Source of the DNA: Gammaproteobacteria bacterium
GTDB lineage: Bacteria > Pseudomonadota > Gammaproteobacteria > Pseudomonadales > Azotimanducaceae
Reading direction: 5' to 3'
Assembly (NCBI GenBank): GCA_026706665.1
Contig: JAPOYI010000114.1
Span: forward strand, 7,268 to 71,267
DNA length: 64,000 bases
A program made the position numbers and the translations under genes. Each line of letters opens with the position of its first letter. Position 1 is the stretch's first letter. Shown here in pieces: positions 27,526 through 36,420 of the stretch. A model generated the notes under the pieces. The model did no database searches. It was not told the DNA's origin and was given only the letters and a program-made list of their open reading frames with translations.

Positions 27526-28653
27526 TCAGGAGGGGGCCGCGAACTCTTCGCGGATCGCGGCTCCCTGCGCGTCGAGTTCGGCGACGTGGAGTGTCCCGGG
27601 CGTTTCGAGCGCCGCATTCGGATGCGCCGGCATTGAAATGTCACCGGTAGCGCTGGCCATGGTCCAGCGTCTTAGCGCGGGATGGGTCGAGAGATCCGCC
27701 AGCGAGTTGACATTGCCATAGGCGATGCGGGCGCTGCGCAACCTCGTTTCGAGGTCGAGTTTCGAATGCGCCGCGAAGAATGCGCCGACGATGCCGTCCA
27801 CCTCTTCGCGCCGCGCGACGCGTTCCTTGTTGGTCGCGAACCGCGGGTCCCGCGCCAGTTCGGTTCGGCCCATGACCTGTTCCGCCAGGTCGCGCCATTC
27901 CCGGTCATTCTGAACGCAGATGACCAGGGTCGTACCGTCGCGCGTCTCGAAACCGCCGTAGGGCGCGATGGATGGATGCGCCAGTCCCACGCGGCGCGGC
28001 CCGGAGCCCGTGTAGTCGTGCTGCAAAAGCGGGACCGCCATCCAGTCCGCGATAACGTCGAACAGCGACAGCTTCACTCCCCTGGCGATGCCGGTGCGCT
28101 CGCGTTCGAGGAGCGCTTCCGTCACGGCGAGGGCCGCGGACACGCCGGTTGCGATATCGCAGATCGATACGCCGACGCGGCCGTAATCGCCGGGAGCCCC
28201 CGACACGGACACGAGCCCGGATTCGGCTTGTACCAGCAGGTCGTAGGCCTTCATGCCGGAGTACGTCCCATGTTCCCCGTACCCGGAGATGTCGCAGGTG
28301 ACCAACCTCGGATAGCGTTCCGGCAGCGCGTCGGACCCCAGACCCGATCTGGCGGCGGCGCCGACGGCCAGGTTCTGTATGAACACGTCGGCCTTGGCGA
28401 GGATGCGGTGGATGAGAGCCCGGTCCGTCTCGCTCTTGATGTCCACGACGAGGGATTCCTTGCCGCGGTTCAACCAGGCGAAATAGGCGGACTGCCCGTT
28501 GGCATTGTCATCGTACTTGCGGGCGAAGTCTCCTTCGGCCCGTTCCAGCTTGATGACACGTGCCCCCGCGTCGGCCAGGCGACACGACGCCATGGGTCCG
28601 GCGACGGCCTGCTCCAGCGCGACGACAAGAAAGCCTGAGAGGGGTTGCGACAT
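27526..28653 (-). CDS. family III CoA-transferase (CaiB/BaiF)
   Basis: MSQPLSGFLVVALEQAVAGPMASCRLADAGARVIKLE, the typical N-terminus, and a full-length family III fold. ATG 28653 is preferred over 28686. Confidence 0.85.
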   Translation of the reverse strand: MSQPLSGFLVVALEQAVAGPMASCRLADAGARVIKLERAEGDFARKYDDNANGQSAYFAWLNRGKESLVVDIKSETDRALIHRILAKADVFIQNLAVGAAARSGLGSDALPERYPRLVTCDISGYGEHGTYSGMKAYDLLVQAESGLVSVSGAPGDYGRVGVSICDIATGVSAALAVTEALLERERTGIARGVKLSLFDVIADWMAVPLLQHDYTGSGPRRVGLAHPSIAPYGGFETRDGTTLVICVQNDREWRDLAEQVMGRTELARDPRFATNKERVARREEVDGIVGAFFAAHSKLDLETRLRSARIAYGNVNSLADLSTHPALRRWTMASATGDISMPAHPNAALETPGTLHVAELDAQGAAIREEFAAPS

Positions 28654-28707
28654 GAGTGTCCCTGGTCGTTGCGTCGCCGGATTCAACCCAACGCGGCAGG
28701 TGTCAGG

Positions 28708-28995
28708 TCATTCGCCCTCGGCGGTCACGGGGTCGATCATGCGCTTGACCAGTGTGACCTCGCTGGCCGGGAAGCCGCTCCTTTCGGCGTGCTCCTCGAT
28801 AAGCGATTCGCCGTCGGCGATATAGATGCAGAAGGTCTTGTCGCCGGCGACGTAGGAGTGCTCCCATTGGATGTTCTTGTTTTCGGCCTTCATGGCCGCC
28901 AGCACGCTGTTGGATTTCTGCGACGCTTCACGCAGGGCATCCCGTTCGGCGGACCCGATCTCGGGAATATCTCTCTCGATCACGTATCTCGGCAT
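28708..28995 (-). CDS. DUF4242 domain protein
   Basis: ATG 28995 gives MPRYVIERDIPEIGS....W..SYV..DKTFCIY, the typical DUF4242 pattern. The upstream part of the maximal ORF is not conserved-looking. Confidence 0.6.
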   Translation of the reverse strand: MPRYVIERDIPEIGSAERDALREASQKSNSVLAAMKAENKNIQWEHSYVAGDKTFCIYIADGESLIEEHAERSGFPASEVTLVKRMIDPVTAEGE

Positions 28996-29160
28996 TTTCG
29001 ATCTCTCATTCGACACGGACCTCAATCTTCCATCAGCGCTCGATGCCGCGCAATTCCACCGCACATCTCGGCCCGAGGTTCTTCGACAGCGACCTGAGGC
29101 ATGGGTTTCGGGTGCAATAATAGATAATTGTCGTTGCTGCGAATTCTCCAATAGATTATT

Positions 29161-29421
29161 TTGAGCGTGTTCGAGATCATCTTCAGCAAGGATGCGAGGC
29201 AACAGCTTCGCCGGATGCGGACCAACGATGCGAAGCGCATCGTCGAGAAGATCGACCTCCTTGCGGTCGATCCCTTTGCATCCAGTCCAAATGCATCGGC
29301 GCTCAAGGGAGGTGGATTTCGCCTGCGCGTTGGCGACTGGCGCATCCTGTGCGAGATCGACGGGAGAGCCAACTTGTTGCGAGTCGCCGCGGTACTGCCG
29401 CGCGGGAGGGCATACCGATGA
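29161..29421 (+). CDS. type II toxin, RelE/ParE superfamily
   Basis: FEIIFSKDARQQLRRM ... FRLRVGDWRILCEIDGRANLLRVAAVLPRGRAY matches the RelE/ParE pattern. The start is TTG 29161 or GTG 29167. Confidence 0.7.
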   Translation: MSVFEIIFSKDARQQLRRMRTNDAKRIVEKIDLLAVDPFASSPNASALKGGGFRLRVGDWRILCEIDGRANLLRVAAVLPRGRAYR

Positions 29422-29783
29422 CGGAGATTCAGACCATTACGCTTGCTGGCGAACGGTACGCTGTCATTCCGTTGGCCGAATACCATGCGCTGCGGACCGC
29501 CGCTGACGAAGACGCGCTGGATGCTGCCGTCCTGCGGCGGATTCTCGACGACACCAGTCAGGAGTGGACGCCAGCGGAATTTGTCAAGCGCCTCATTGAC
29601 GGCGAGCACCCGGTGCGTGTCTGGCGGGAACACCGCCGCATGAGTGGAAAGGAACTCGCTGCCGCGGCTGGCATCGCGAGTTCCTACCTCTCGGCGATCG
29701 AGACCGGCAAGAAACCGGGGTCGGTTAACGCGCTGAAGCGAATCGCGACCGCGCTCGGCGTGACACTCGACGAACTGGTTTGA
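29418..29783 (+). CDS. XRE-family HTH antitoxin
   Basis: ATGA overlap with the toxin stop. The C-terminal HTH_3 is VRVWREHRRMSGKELAAAAGIASSYLSAIETGKKPGSVNALKRIATALGVTLDELV. Confidence 0.75.
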   Translation: MTEIQTITLAGERYAVIPLAEYHALRTAADEDALDAAVLRRILDDTSQEWTPAEFVKRLIDGEHPVRVWREHRRMSGKELAAAAGIASSYLSAIETGKKPGSVNALKRIATALGVTLDELV

Positions 29784-29821
29784 CCGTTTCGTCGCGTGGG
29801 CAGCCTACGGAACCAGATATT

Positions 29822-29893
29822 GTCGAGTCTATTGGACACTATGTATATTGTCGACTAAGATCGACAATATACATAGTGTAGAGTCAACTCGAC
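29822..29893. repeat. AT-rich perfect palindrome (19-bp arms, 6-nt spacer) nested in an outer 7-bp inverted repeat
   Basis: ACACTATGTATATTGTCGA at 29836..29854 and TCGACAATATACATAGTGT at 29861..29879 are exact reverse complements. Outer GTCGAGT 29822..29828 pairs with ACTCGAC 29887..29893. The element ends 3 nt before ATG 29896. Confidence 0.9.
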
Positions 29894-29895
29894 AC

Positions 29896-31080
29896 ATGGA
29901 CGACGATGACCTGGTGGACGTCGCGGCCACCTGGAGCTTCTGGGATCGGCCTCCGCCACCGTCGATACGCCGCACCGTCAAATTGCCCCGATCTTTGTCG
30001 GATCGCACCGCGCTCGTGATCCAGGGCGTCCGCCGCTGCGGAAAATCGACCCTGCTCGCACAGTTGATCAGGCGGTATCGGCTGAAAAGAAGGGACTGCC
30101 TGTTCGTCAACTTCGAAGATCCCCGGCTCGCCGGTTCGCTCAGCTTTGAAACGCTCGAGCGGTTGACGCGGGCGTTCGGGGAGTTGCGCGGGGAAGCGGA
30201 GACGCTCACGGTCTTTCTCGACGAGATTCAATGGGTGGACGGCTGGGAGCGATGGCTCCGATCAAGGCTCGACAGGCCGGACCGATATCGATTCGTGGTG
30301 AGCGGTTCGAACGCACATCTCCTGTCCGGCGAACTGTCTTCCGTGCTGACGGGAAGGCACATCACCGTCGAACTGTTCCCCTTTGAGTTCCCGGAGTTCC
30401 GGAGCATGCACCCGGACGGTACTGTCGCCGAGTATCTGCATCGCGGTGGCTTTCCCGAGCCTAACGCCAGCGACTCGGCGGACCTTCTCCTGCGTCAGTA
30501 CTTCATCGACATTCTGCAACGCGACGTGCGGGAGCGGGTCGGCGCAAGATCGTCGATGGCCCTCCGGCAGATCGTGCAGATGGTCTTCGAGTCCGCCGGT
30601 TCCGAACTGAGTCTGCGCCGGATCGCGGCCGCCAGCGGGGTCGCGGTCGAGACCGTATCGGCATACCTTGAAGCCTGCGAACAGGCCTATCTCCTGTTCC
30701 AGTGTCCATGGTTTGCGTTCTCGGAGCGCAAGCGGTCGCAGAGAAACCGCAAGTATTATCCGGTCGATACCGCGCTGCGGCGTGTTGCGGTCACCCGCAC
30801 CGGTGCCGATGCGGGCAAGGCGCTCGAATGCGCCACGTTCATCGAACTCAAGAAACGTTACCGGGACGTCTTCTACTGGCGGGGCGCAGGGGAAGTGGAC
30901 TTCGTGATCAGTACCGGTGAAAGGCCCATACCCGTCCAAGTCACCGTCGAGGGACCGGAGGAACGTCACCTGCGTGCATTGGATGACTTCTACGAGGCAT
31001 TTCCCCATGCCACGGAAGCCGTGATCGTGACGATGGGAGAATTCCCTGCGATCCTCTCCAGCCTGGACCCCGACGATTGA
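29896..31080 (+). CDS. AAA+ ATPase, AAA_14 + DUF4143 architecture
   Basis: Walker A GVRRCGKSTLL, Walker B FLDEIQ, VVSGSNAHLL, and a DUF4143-like C-terminal half. Confidence 0.75.
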   Translation: MDDDDLVDVAATWSFWDRPPPPSIRRTVKLPRSLSDRTALVIQGVRRCGKSTLLAQLIRRYRLKRRDCLFVNFEDPRLAGSLSFETLERLTRAFGELRGEAETLTVFLDEIQWVDGWERWLRSRLDRPDRYRFVVSGSNAHLLSGELSSVLTGRHITVELFPFEFPEFRSMHPDGTVAEYLHRGGFPEPNASDSADLLLRQYFIDILQRDVRERVGARSSMALRQIVQMVFESAGSELSLRRIAAASGVAVETVSAYLEACEQAYLLFQCPWFAFSERKRSQRNRKYYPVDTALRRVAVTRTGADAGKALECATFIELKKRYRDVFYWRGAGEVDFVISTGERPIPVQVTVEGPEERHLRALDDFYEAFPHATEAVIVTMGEFPAILSSLDPDD

Positions 31081-32132
31081 GCGGGTCCATGGTAAGCGGG
31101 ACGCGCTTGCCGATCGTGTTGCCGAAACCGGGCGCATCTGTCAATCTCGCGAGTTTCCCGGCGACCCAGGGGCACCGCGTGGCGGAATCAGCGGTAAACA
31201 TCGAGCGCGTCACGGAGTCCGTGGAGGCGTTGAAAGCCGAATTCGAGGCGCACCGCTATATCTGCAGCGACCAGATCGCGACCGCCGTCTATCTCGCCTA
31301 CCACCTGCGCAAGCCTGTCCTGATCGAAGGTCCTCCGGGCGTCGGCAAGACCGAGCTCGGAAAGACCGCTGCGACGATCTTCGGGTTGCCGCTCATCCGC
31401 CTGCAGTGCTACGAGGGACTCGATGAGGCCAAGGCCATCTACGAGTGGAAGTACGGCAAGCAGCTTCTCTATACGCAGGTCCTGAAGGAGACCCTGGAGG
31501 AGGTGCTGCAGGGCGCCCGGGGCTTCGCCGAATCGGTGTCGCGCCTGCACGAGTTCGGCGACATCTTTTTCTCCGAAGCGTTCCTGGAGCCGAGACCCCT
31601 GCTCAAGGCGCTGCGCGAGGAGCAGGGCTGCGTACTGCTGATCGACGAGGTGGACAAGTCGGATCACGAATTCGAGTCGCTGCTGCTCGAACTCCTGTCG
31701 GACTTCCAGGTGTCTATCCCGGAGATCGGCACCGTGAAGGCGAGGCGCGAGCCGCCGATGGTGTTTCTCACCAGCAACAACACCCGCGAGATATCGGACG
31801 CGCTCAAGAGGCGCTGCATTCACCTCTACATTCCGTTTCCGGACACAGACCTCGAACAGCGCATCATCCATGCGCGCGTGCCGGAGATTCCGCCGAGGCT
31901 GCGCCGGCAGCTCGTGACCTTCATCCAGGAGCTGCGGGACCTCGACCTGAAGAAGGTCCCGGCCATCAGCGAGACCATCGACTGGGCGCGTACGCTGCTC
32001 CTCCTGCACACCGAGAACCTCGACCCGCAGCTTGTCCGGGATACCTTGAATGTCATCCTCAAGTTCCAGGAGGACATCGACAACGTGGACGTCGAAGTTC
32101 CCGTGCTCACGAACAAGGCCGTCAAGAGTTGA
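31077..32132 (+). CDS. MoxR/CoxD-like AAA+ ATPase
   Basis: LIEGPPGVGKTEL, VLLIDEVDK and SNNTREISDALKRRC. Possible starts are TTG 31077 (TTGA overlap with the upstream stop) or ATG 31089. Confidence 0.8.
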   Translation: MSGSMVSGTRLPIVLPKPGASVNLASFPATQGHRVAESAVNIERVTESVEALKAEFEAHRYICSDQIATAVYLAYHLRKPVLIEGPPGVGKTELGKTAATIFGLPLIRLQCYEGLDEAKAIYEWKYGKQLLYTQVLKETLEEVLQGARGFAESVSRLHEFGDIFFSEAFLEPRPLLKALREEQGCVLLIDEVDKSDHEFESLLLELLSDFQVSIPEIGTVKARREPPMVFLTSNNTREISDALKRRCIHLYIPFPDTDLEQRIIHARVPEIPPRLRRQLVTFIQELRDLDLKKVPAISETIDWARTLLLLHTENLDPQLVRDTLNVILKFQEDIDNVDVEVPVLTNKAVKS

Positions 32133-32210
32133 TCTGATGGGTGAGGGCGCCCACCAGGGAGGGAACGGGGTGGCGCCATTGCCGGCAAGCGGCCACGCGT
32201 CGGCAGACTG

Positions 32211-33683
32211 ATGGACGGCACGCTCACCAGCTTCATCGCGGCGCTTCGCAATGCCGAGGTTCGCGTCTCCACCGCGGAGACGCTTGACGCGCTGAGCGCC
32301 GTGGGACTGGTCGGTTACGACGACCGCGAGCTCCTCAAAAACACGCTCTCGCTGATGCTCCCGAAGACCGTCGACGAGAAGGAAACCTTCGCAGATACGT
32401 TTGATCGGTTCTTCGCTTTCGAGGATGTCGACGGAGCGCTGGATGCGGGCGATCCCGGGGGCGATGGCCAGGGCGACGGCGACGCGGGAACCGGTGCGGG
32501 AGGCGGCGAGGATGCTCCCGGTGCCGGCGCCGGCAACAGGAAGTCGAAGAACGCCTTCCTGGCGGCAGCAACCAAAGAGGAAGGAGAGGAGGAACTGGGA
32601 CACGGCGAAATGCCGCCGCCGCGCTCGGCACTCGGGGAACTCCTGATGCTGGATGGCCGCGTCGCGCTGACCGTGCGGATGGTCGAGGTGGCCAAGGCCG
32701 TGAATCTGGAACAGATCCAGGTGTTCACCCAGAAGGGCCTCTACACGCGCAGGATCATGGACGAAATGGGACTTCCCCATCTGCAGCGCGAGATCAACGA
32801 ACTCAGAATGCGCGGCGGGTTGCCGGAGCGTCGCCTGTCGCAGGAACTCTCGAAGCGGCGCGAGCGGTTGCGCGAGCAGGTGCGTGACTATGTCGAGCGG
32901 CAGTTCCTGCTGCATGCGGACGCCACCGGCCGGCGGCTGCGGGAGGAACTCCTGCGCAAGGTGAAGCTCAGCAACGTGGAACACCGCAATTTCCGGCTGA
33001 TCCAGGAAATCGTCTTCAAGATGGCCAAGAAGCTGGTGGCCCTGTATTCCAGGCGCAAGAAGGTGTTCAGGCGCGGCCACCTGGACCTGCCGCGCACGCT
33101 GCGCGGGAACATGGGCTATGACGGCAATATCTTCGACCTCAAGTGGAAGTCGGTGAAGGTCGACCGGCCCAAGGTGTTCGCCATCTGCGACGTCAGCGGG
33201 TCGGTGGCGAACTATGCGCGCTTCATGCTGATGTTCCTCTACAGTCTCGAGGAGGTCATGCCGAAGGTGCGGTCATTCGCCTTCTCTTCCGACCTGGCCG
33301 AGGTGACCGAGCTTTTCGAGCGCAACGGCATCGAGGACGCCATCGCAAAGACCCTGCGGGACTACGGCGGGGGATCGACGGACTACGGGCAGGCATTCGA
33401 AGACTTCAGGCACAAGTGTCTCGACGACGTGGACAACCGCACCACGATCATCATCCTGGGCGATGCGCGCAACAACTACGGAGATCCCCGCACGGAGATC
33501 CTGAAGGAAATGTATGATCGGGCGAAACGGGTCCTGTGGCTGAATCCGGAGCCGAGGGCGACGTGGAACGTCGGGGATGCGGAAATGCGCCGGTACGTCG
33601 CCCATGTCCACCAGGCCGAGGAATGCAATTCACTGTTGCATCTCGAACGCTTTGTGGGGAATCTGCTCAGGACCGTGCAGTAG
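32211..33683 (+). CDS. VWA domain-containing CoxE-like protein
   Basis: CoxE-type N-terminus (FIAALRNAEVRVSTAETLDAL), a G/D-rich linker, VWA MIDAS CDVSGSV...GGSTDYG, and LNPEPR..W at the C-terminus. Confidence 0.8.
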   Translation: MDGTLTSFIAALRNAEVRVSTAETLDALSAVGLVGYDDRELLKNTLSLMLPKTVDEKETFADTFDRFFAFEDVDGALDAGDPGGDGQGDGDAGTGAGGGEDAPGAGAGNRKSKNAFLAAATKEEGEEELGHGEMPPPRSALGELLMLDGRVALTVRMVEVAKAVNLEQIQVFTQKGLYTRRIMDEMGLPHLQREINELRMRGGLPERRLSQELSKRRERLREQVRDYVERQFLLHADATGRRLREELLRKVKLSNVEHRNFRLIQEIVFKMAKKLVALYSRRKKVFRRGHLDLPRTLRGNMGYDGNIFDLKWKSVKVDRPKVFAICDVSGSVANYARFMLMFLYSLEEVMPKVRSFAFSSDLAEVTELFERNGIEDAIAKTLRDYGGGSTDYGQAFEDFRHKCLDDVDNRTTIIILGDARNNYGDPRTEILKEMYDRAKRVLWLNPEPRATWNVGDAEMRRYVAHVHQAEECNSLLHLERFVGNLLRTVQ

Positions 33684-33711
33684 CGGACGGGATCGCCAGG
33701 GGGAGGTGGCC

Positions 33712-35478
33712 ATGACGACCTCGAGTTCGGACAACCCAGGCGCGAGGGGACGGGCCGTTGCCGGCGCCGCGAGCGTCGCCGGCGTGCCGACGGGCCAGGG
33801 CTCCCGCAGCGGCATTGCCTGGCTGGGGGAGGGCAGCCAACTGTTCATCCTCTCGGTGCTCGGCATCGGCGCCTTTGTCCTGCTCATGATGCTGCTCTCC
33901 TTTGTGTCTGAACTGTTCGGCGGTGGCGGTGCCGGAGAAGCTGTCGATCCCGGTACGGGGACCATCACGCTCGCGTTGAGCACGGAACCGCCGCAGCTCG
34001 ACAGCACCCGCGCCACGGACATGGTGAGCGGCCAGATACTCGGCCACGTCATGGAAGGACTGGTGCGCTACGACGAGTTCGACCGGATCGTCCCCGGTGT
34101 CGCCGAGCGTTGGGAAGTCGGCGGGTCCGAGGCGGTCTTCCACTTGCGTGACGACAGCCGCTGGAGCGACGGCACGCCGGTCACGGCCCACGATTTCGTG
34201 TTCGCGTGGCGCAAAGCGGTGGAACCGGCGACGGCATCCCAATATGCCTTCATCCTCTACCCGATAAAGAATGCCCGGGCCGTCAACAACGGCGAACTGC
34301 CGGTGACGGCCCTTGGCGCGACGGCCGTTGACGAGCTGACTCTCGAAGTGCGGCTCGAGCGTCCAATCGGCTACTTCGACAAGCTCGTCGCATTCCCCAC
34401 CTACTATCCGATCAAGCAGGCGTTCTACGAGGGTCGCGACGGACGCTACGGGGCGGACGCCGTAGATCTTCTCTACAACGGCCCGTTCGTCATCGAAAGA
34501 TGGGTGCACGGCGCGCAACTCAGGATGTCGCGCAACGACGAGTATTGGGACCACGAGCGCATTCGCCTCAACACCATCGACTACGCGTATATCACGTCCG
34601 ACGTCAATGCGACGCTGAACCTGTACAAGGATGGCAAGGTCGCCGTCGCCGGCCTCGATGCGGAAACATTGCACGATGCGCTGGAACAGCGCTGGAAGCT
34701 GGAGCGATTCAACGACGGTTCGGTGTTTTTCATCGAGTTCAACCACCGCCCCTCCCGGCTGACGAGCAACCGGAATCTCCGCAAGGCGATCCAGTTCGTC
34801 CTCGATCCGGCGGAACTCGTGTACAAGGTCATCAAGCTCCCCGGCAACACGCCCGGCGAATCGTTGTTCCCCGTGTGGCTCAAGGGCGTCAACGGGTACT
34901 TCCGGCAGGAATACCCGGCGCCCGAACATCGCGTCGACCTTGCCCGCGCACATGATTACCTCGAACGCGCCAAGCAGGAACTCGGCCTCGACCCATTGCC
35001 GCCCCTCATCTTTCTCTCAGGCGACAACCCGGCGGCGAACAAGCAGTCGGAGTACTTCCAGGAGGTATTCGCGTCGAGGCTCGGGATCGAGGTCAAGATC
35101 GACCGGCAGATCTTCAAGCAGCGCCTGGCCAAGATGACGTCGGGAGATTTCGACATGGTGCTGGCTGGCTGGGGCCCGGATTACGCCGACCCGCTCACCT
35201 TTGGTGACCTGTTCGCGTCCTGGAACAAGAACAATCGCGGCGAGTACGCGAATTCGGTGCTGGACGGCTGGGTAGAGGTCGCCCAGAGTTCGCTCGTCCC
35301 CGAGGAGCGCATGCGGGCTTTCGATGAGATCCAGAAGATCATCTACGACGACGCGGTCATCCTGCCGAACTACGAACGCGGCTCCGTCTTCGTCCGCAAT
35401 CCGCGTCTCGAGGGCGTGGTGCGGCGCGCGGTGGGCACGGACCCCGATTACACCAACGCCTACATCGTCGATGGCTGA
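33712..35478 (+). CDS. ABC transporter substrate-binding protein, family 5 (Opp/Dpp-like)
   Basis: GGGAGG lies before ATG 33712. There is an N-terminal TM/signal anchor followed by a full-length SBP_bac_5-like sequence. Confidence 0.85.
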   Translation: MTTSSSDNPGARGRAVAGAASVAGVPTGQGSRSGIAWLGEGSQLFILSVLGIGAFVLLMMLLSFVSELFGGGGAGEAVDPGTGTITLALSTEPPQLDSTRATDMVSGQILGHVMEGLVRYDEFDRIVPGVAERWEVGGSEAVFHLRDDSRWSDGTPVTAHDFVFAWRKAVEPATASQYAFILYPIKNARAVNNGELPVTALGATAVDELTLEVRLERPIGYFDKLVAFPTYYPIKQAFYEGRDGRYGADAVDLLYNGPFVIERWVHGAQLRMSRNDEYWDHERIRLNTIDYAYITSDVNATLNLYKDGKVAVAGLDAETLHDALEQRWKLERFNDGSVFFIEFNHRPSRLTSNRNLRKAIQFVLDPAELVYKVIKLPGNTPGESLFPVWLKGVNGYFRQEYPAPEHRVDLARAHDYLERAKQELGLDPLPPLIFLSGDNPAANKQSEYFQEVFASRLGIEVKIDRQIFKQRLAKMTSGDFDMVLAGWGPDYADPLTFGDLFASWNKNNRGEYANSVLDGWVEVAQSSLVPEERMRAFDEIQKIIYDDAVILPNYERGSVFVRNPRLEGVVRRAVGTDPDYTNAYIVDG

Positions 35479-35487
35479 GTCGGGCGC

Positions 35488-36420
35488 GTGATTCTGTATA
35501 CGATCAAACGGCTGATTCAGGGCGTCATCACGGTCTGGTTCATCGCCACCGCGACGTTCTTCGCCATGCACGGCGTACCTGGCGATCCCCTCATGACCGA
35601 CAAGGCCATGTCCGAGGAGGTCCGAAAAAACCTCGATGCGCATTACGGTTTCGACCAGCCGAAGTGGAAGCAGTACGGTATCTACATAGGTCACATGGTG
35701 CAGGGAGATTTCGGCATCTCTTTCGCGCAGGAGAACCGCCGGGTCAACGACATCCTCTGGGAACACTTTCCGGTTTCCGCTTTTCTCGGCATCCTCGCCA
35801 TCACCTTCGCTGGCCTTGGCGGCATCCTGTTCGGCGCGCTCACGGCGCGCTACCGGAACCGGATGCCGGACATCGTGATCATGTTCCTGGTCATCCTCGG
35901 CATCTCCGTGCCGAGTTTCGTCTTCGCCGCCCTGGGCCAGCTCGCGCTGGTCAAGCTGAACGCGTTCTTCGGCACTTCGATATTGCCGGTCGCCGGATGG
36001 GGCACGCTCTCGCACATGATCGCGCCGTCTCTGGTGCTGGGCCTGGGCACCATGGCGTTCCTGACCCGGCTCATGCGCTCCTCCATGCTTGAGATCGTCA
36101 GTTCGGATTACGTGAGGACGGCCAGGTCCAAGGGCTTGCCAACCACCCGGATATTCCTGCGTCATGAACTGAGGAACGCCATTCTTCCAGTGGTTACCGT
36201 GCTTGGGCCGTCCATCGCGGCGATCACGACGGGGGGGTTCGTGGTCGAACTGGTGTTCGCGATACCGGGCCTCGGGCGCTACTTCGTACAAGCGGTGCAA
36301 CAGCTCGACTACACGGTGATCATGGGGACAACGGTCTTCTACGGCGCCTTTCTCGTCTTCATGGTGATCGTTGTCGACCTGCTCTACGGACTGATCGACC
36401 CGAGGGTGAGGCTCGAATGA
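35488..36420 (+). CDS. ABC transporter permease (OppB/DppB-like)
   Basis: MILYTIKRLIQGVITVWFIATATFF and the EAA-type loop SDYVRTARSKGL. Confidence 0.9.
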   Translation: MILYTIKRLIQGVITVWFIATATFFAMHGVPGDPLMTDKAMSEEVRKNLDAHYGFDQPKWKQYGIYIGHMVQGDFGISFAQENRRVNDILWEHFPVSAFLGILAITFAGLGGILFGALTARYRNRMPDIVIMFLVILGISVPSFVFAALGQLALVKLNAFFGTSILPVAGWGTLSHMIAPSLVLGLGTMAFLTRLMRSSMLEIVSSDYVRTARSKGLPTTRIFLRHELRNAILPVVTVLGPSIAAITTGGFVVELVFAIPGLGRYFVQAVQQLDYTVIMGTTVFYGAFLVFMVIVVDLLYGLIDPRVRLE

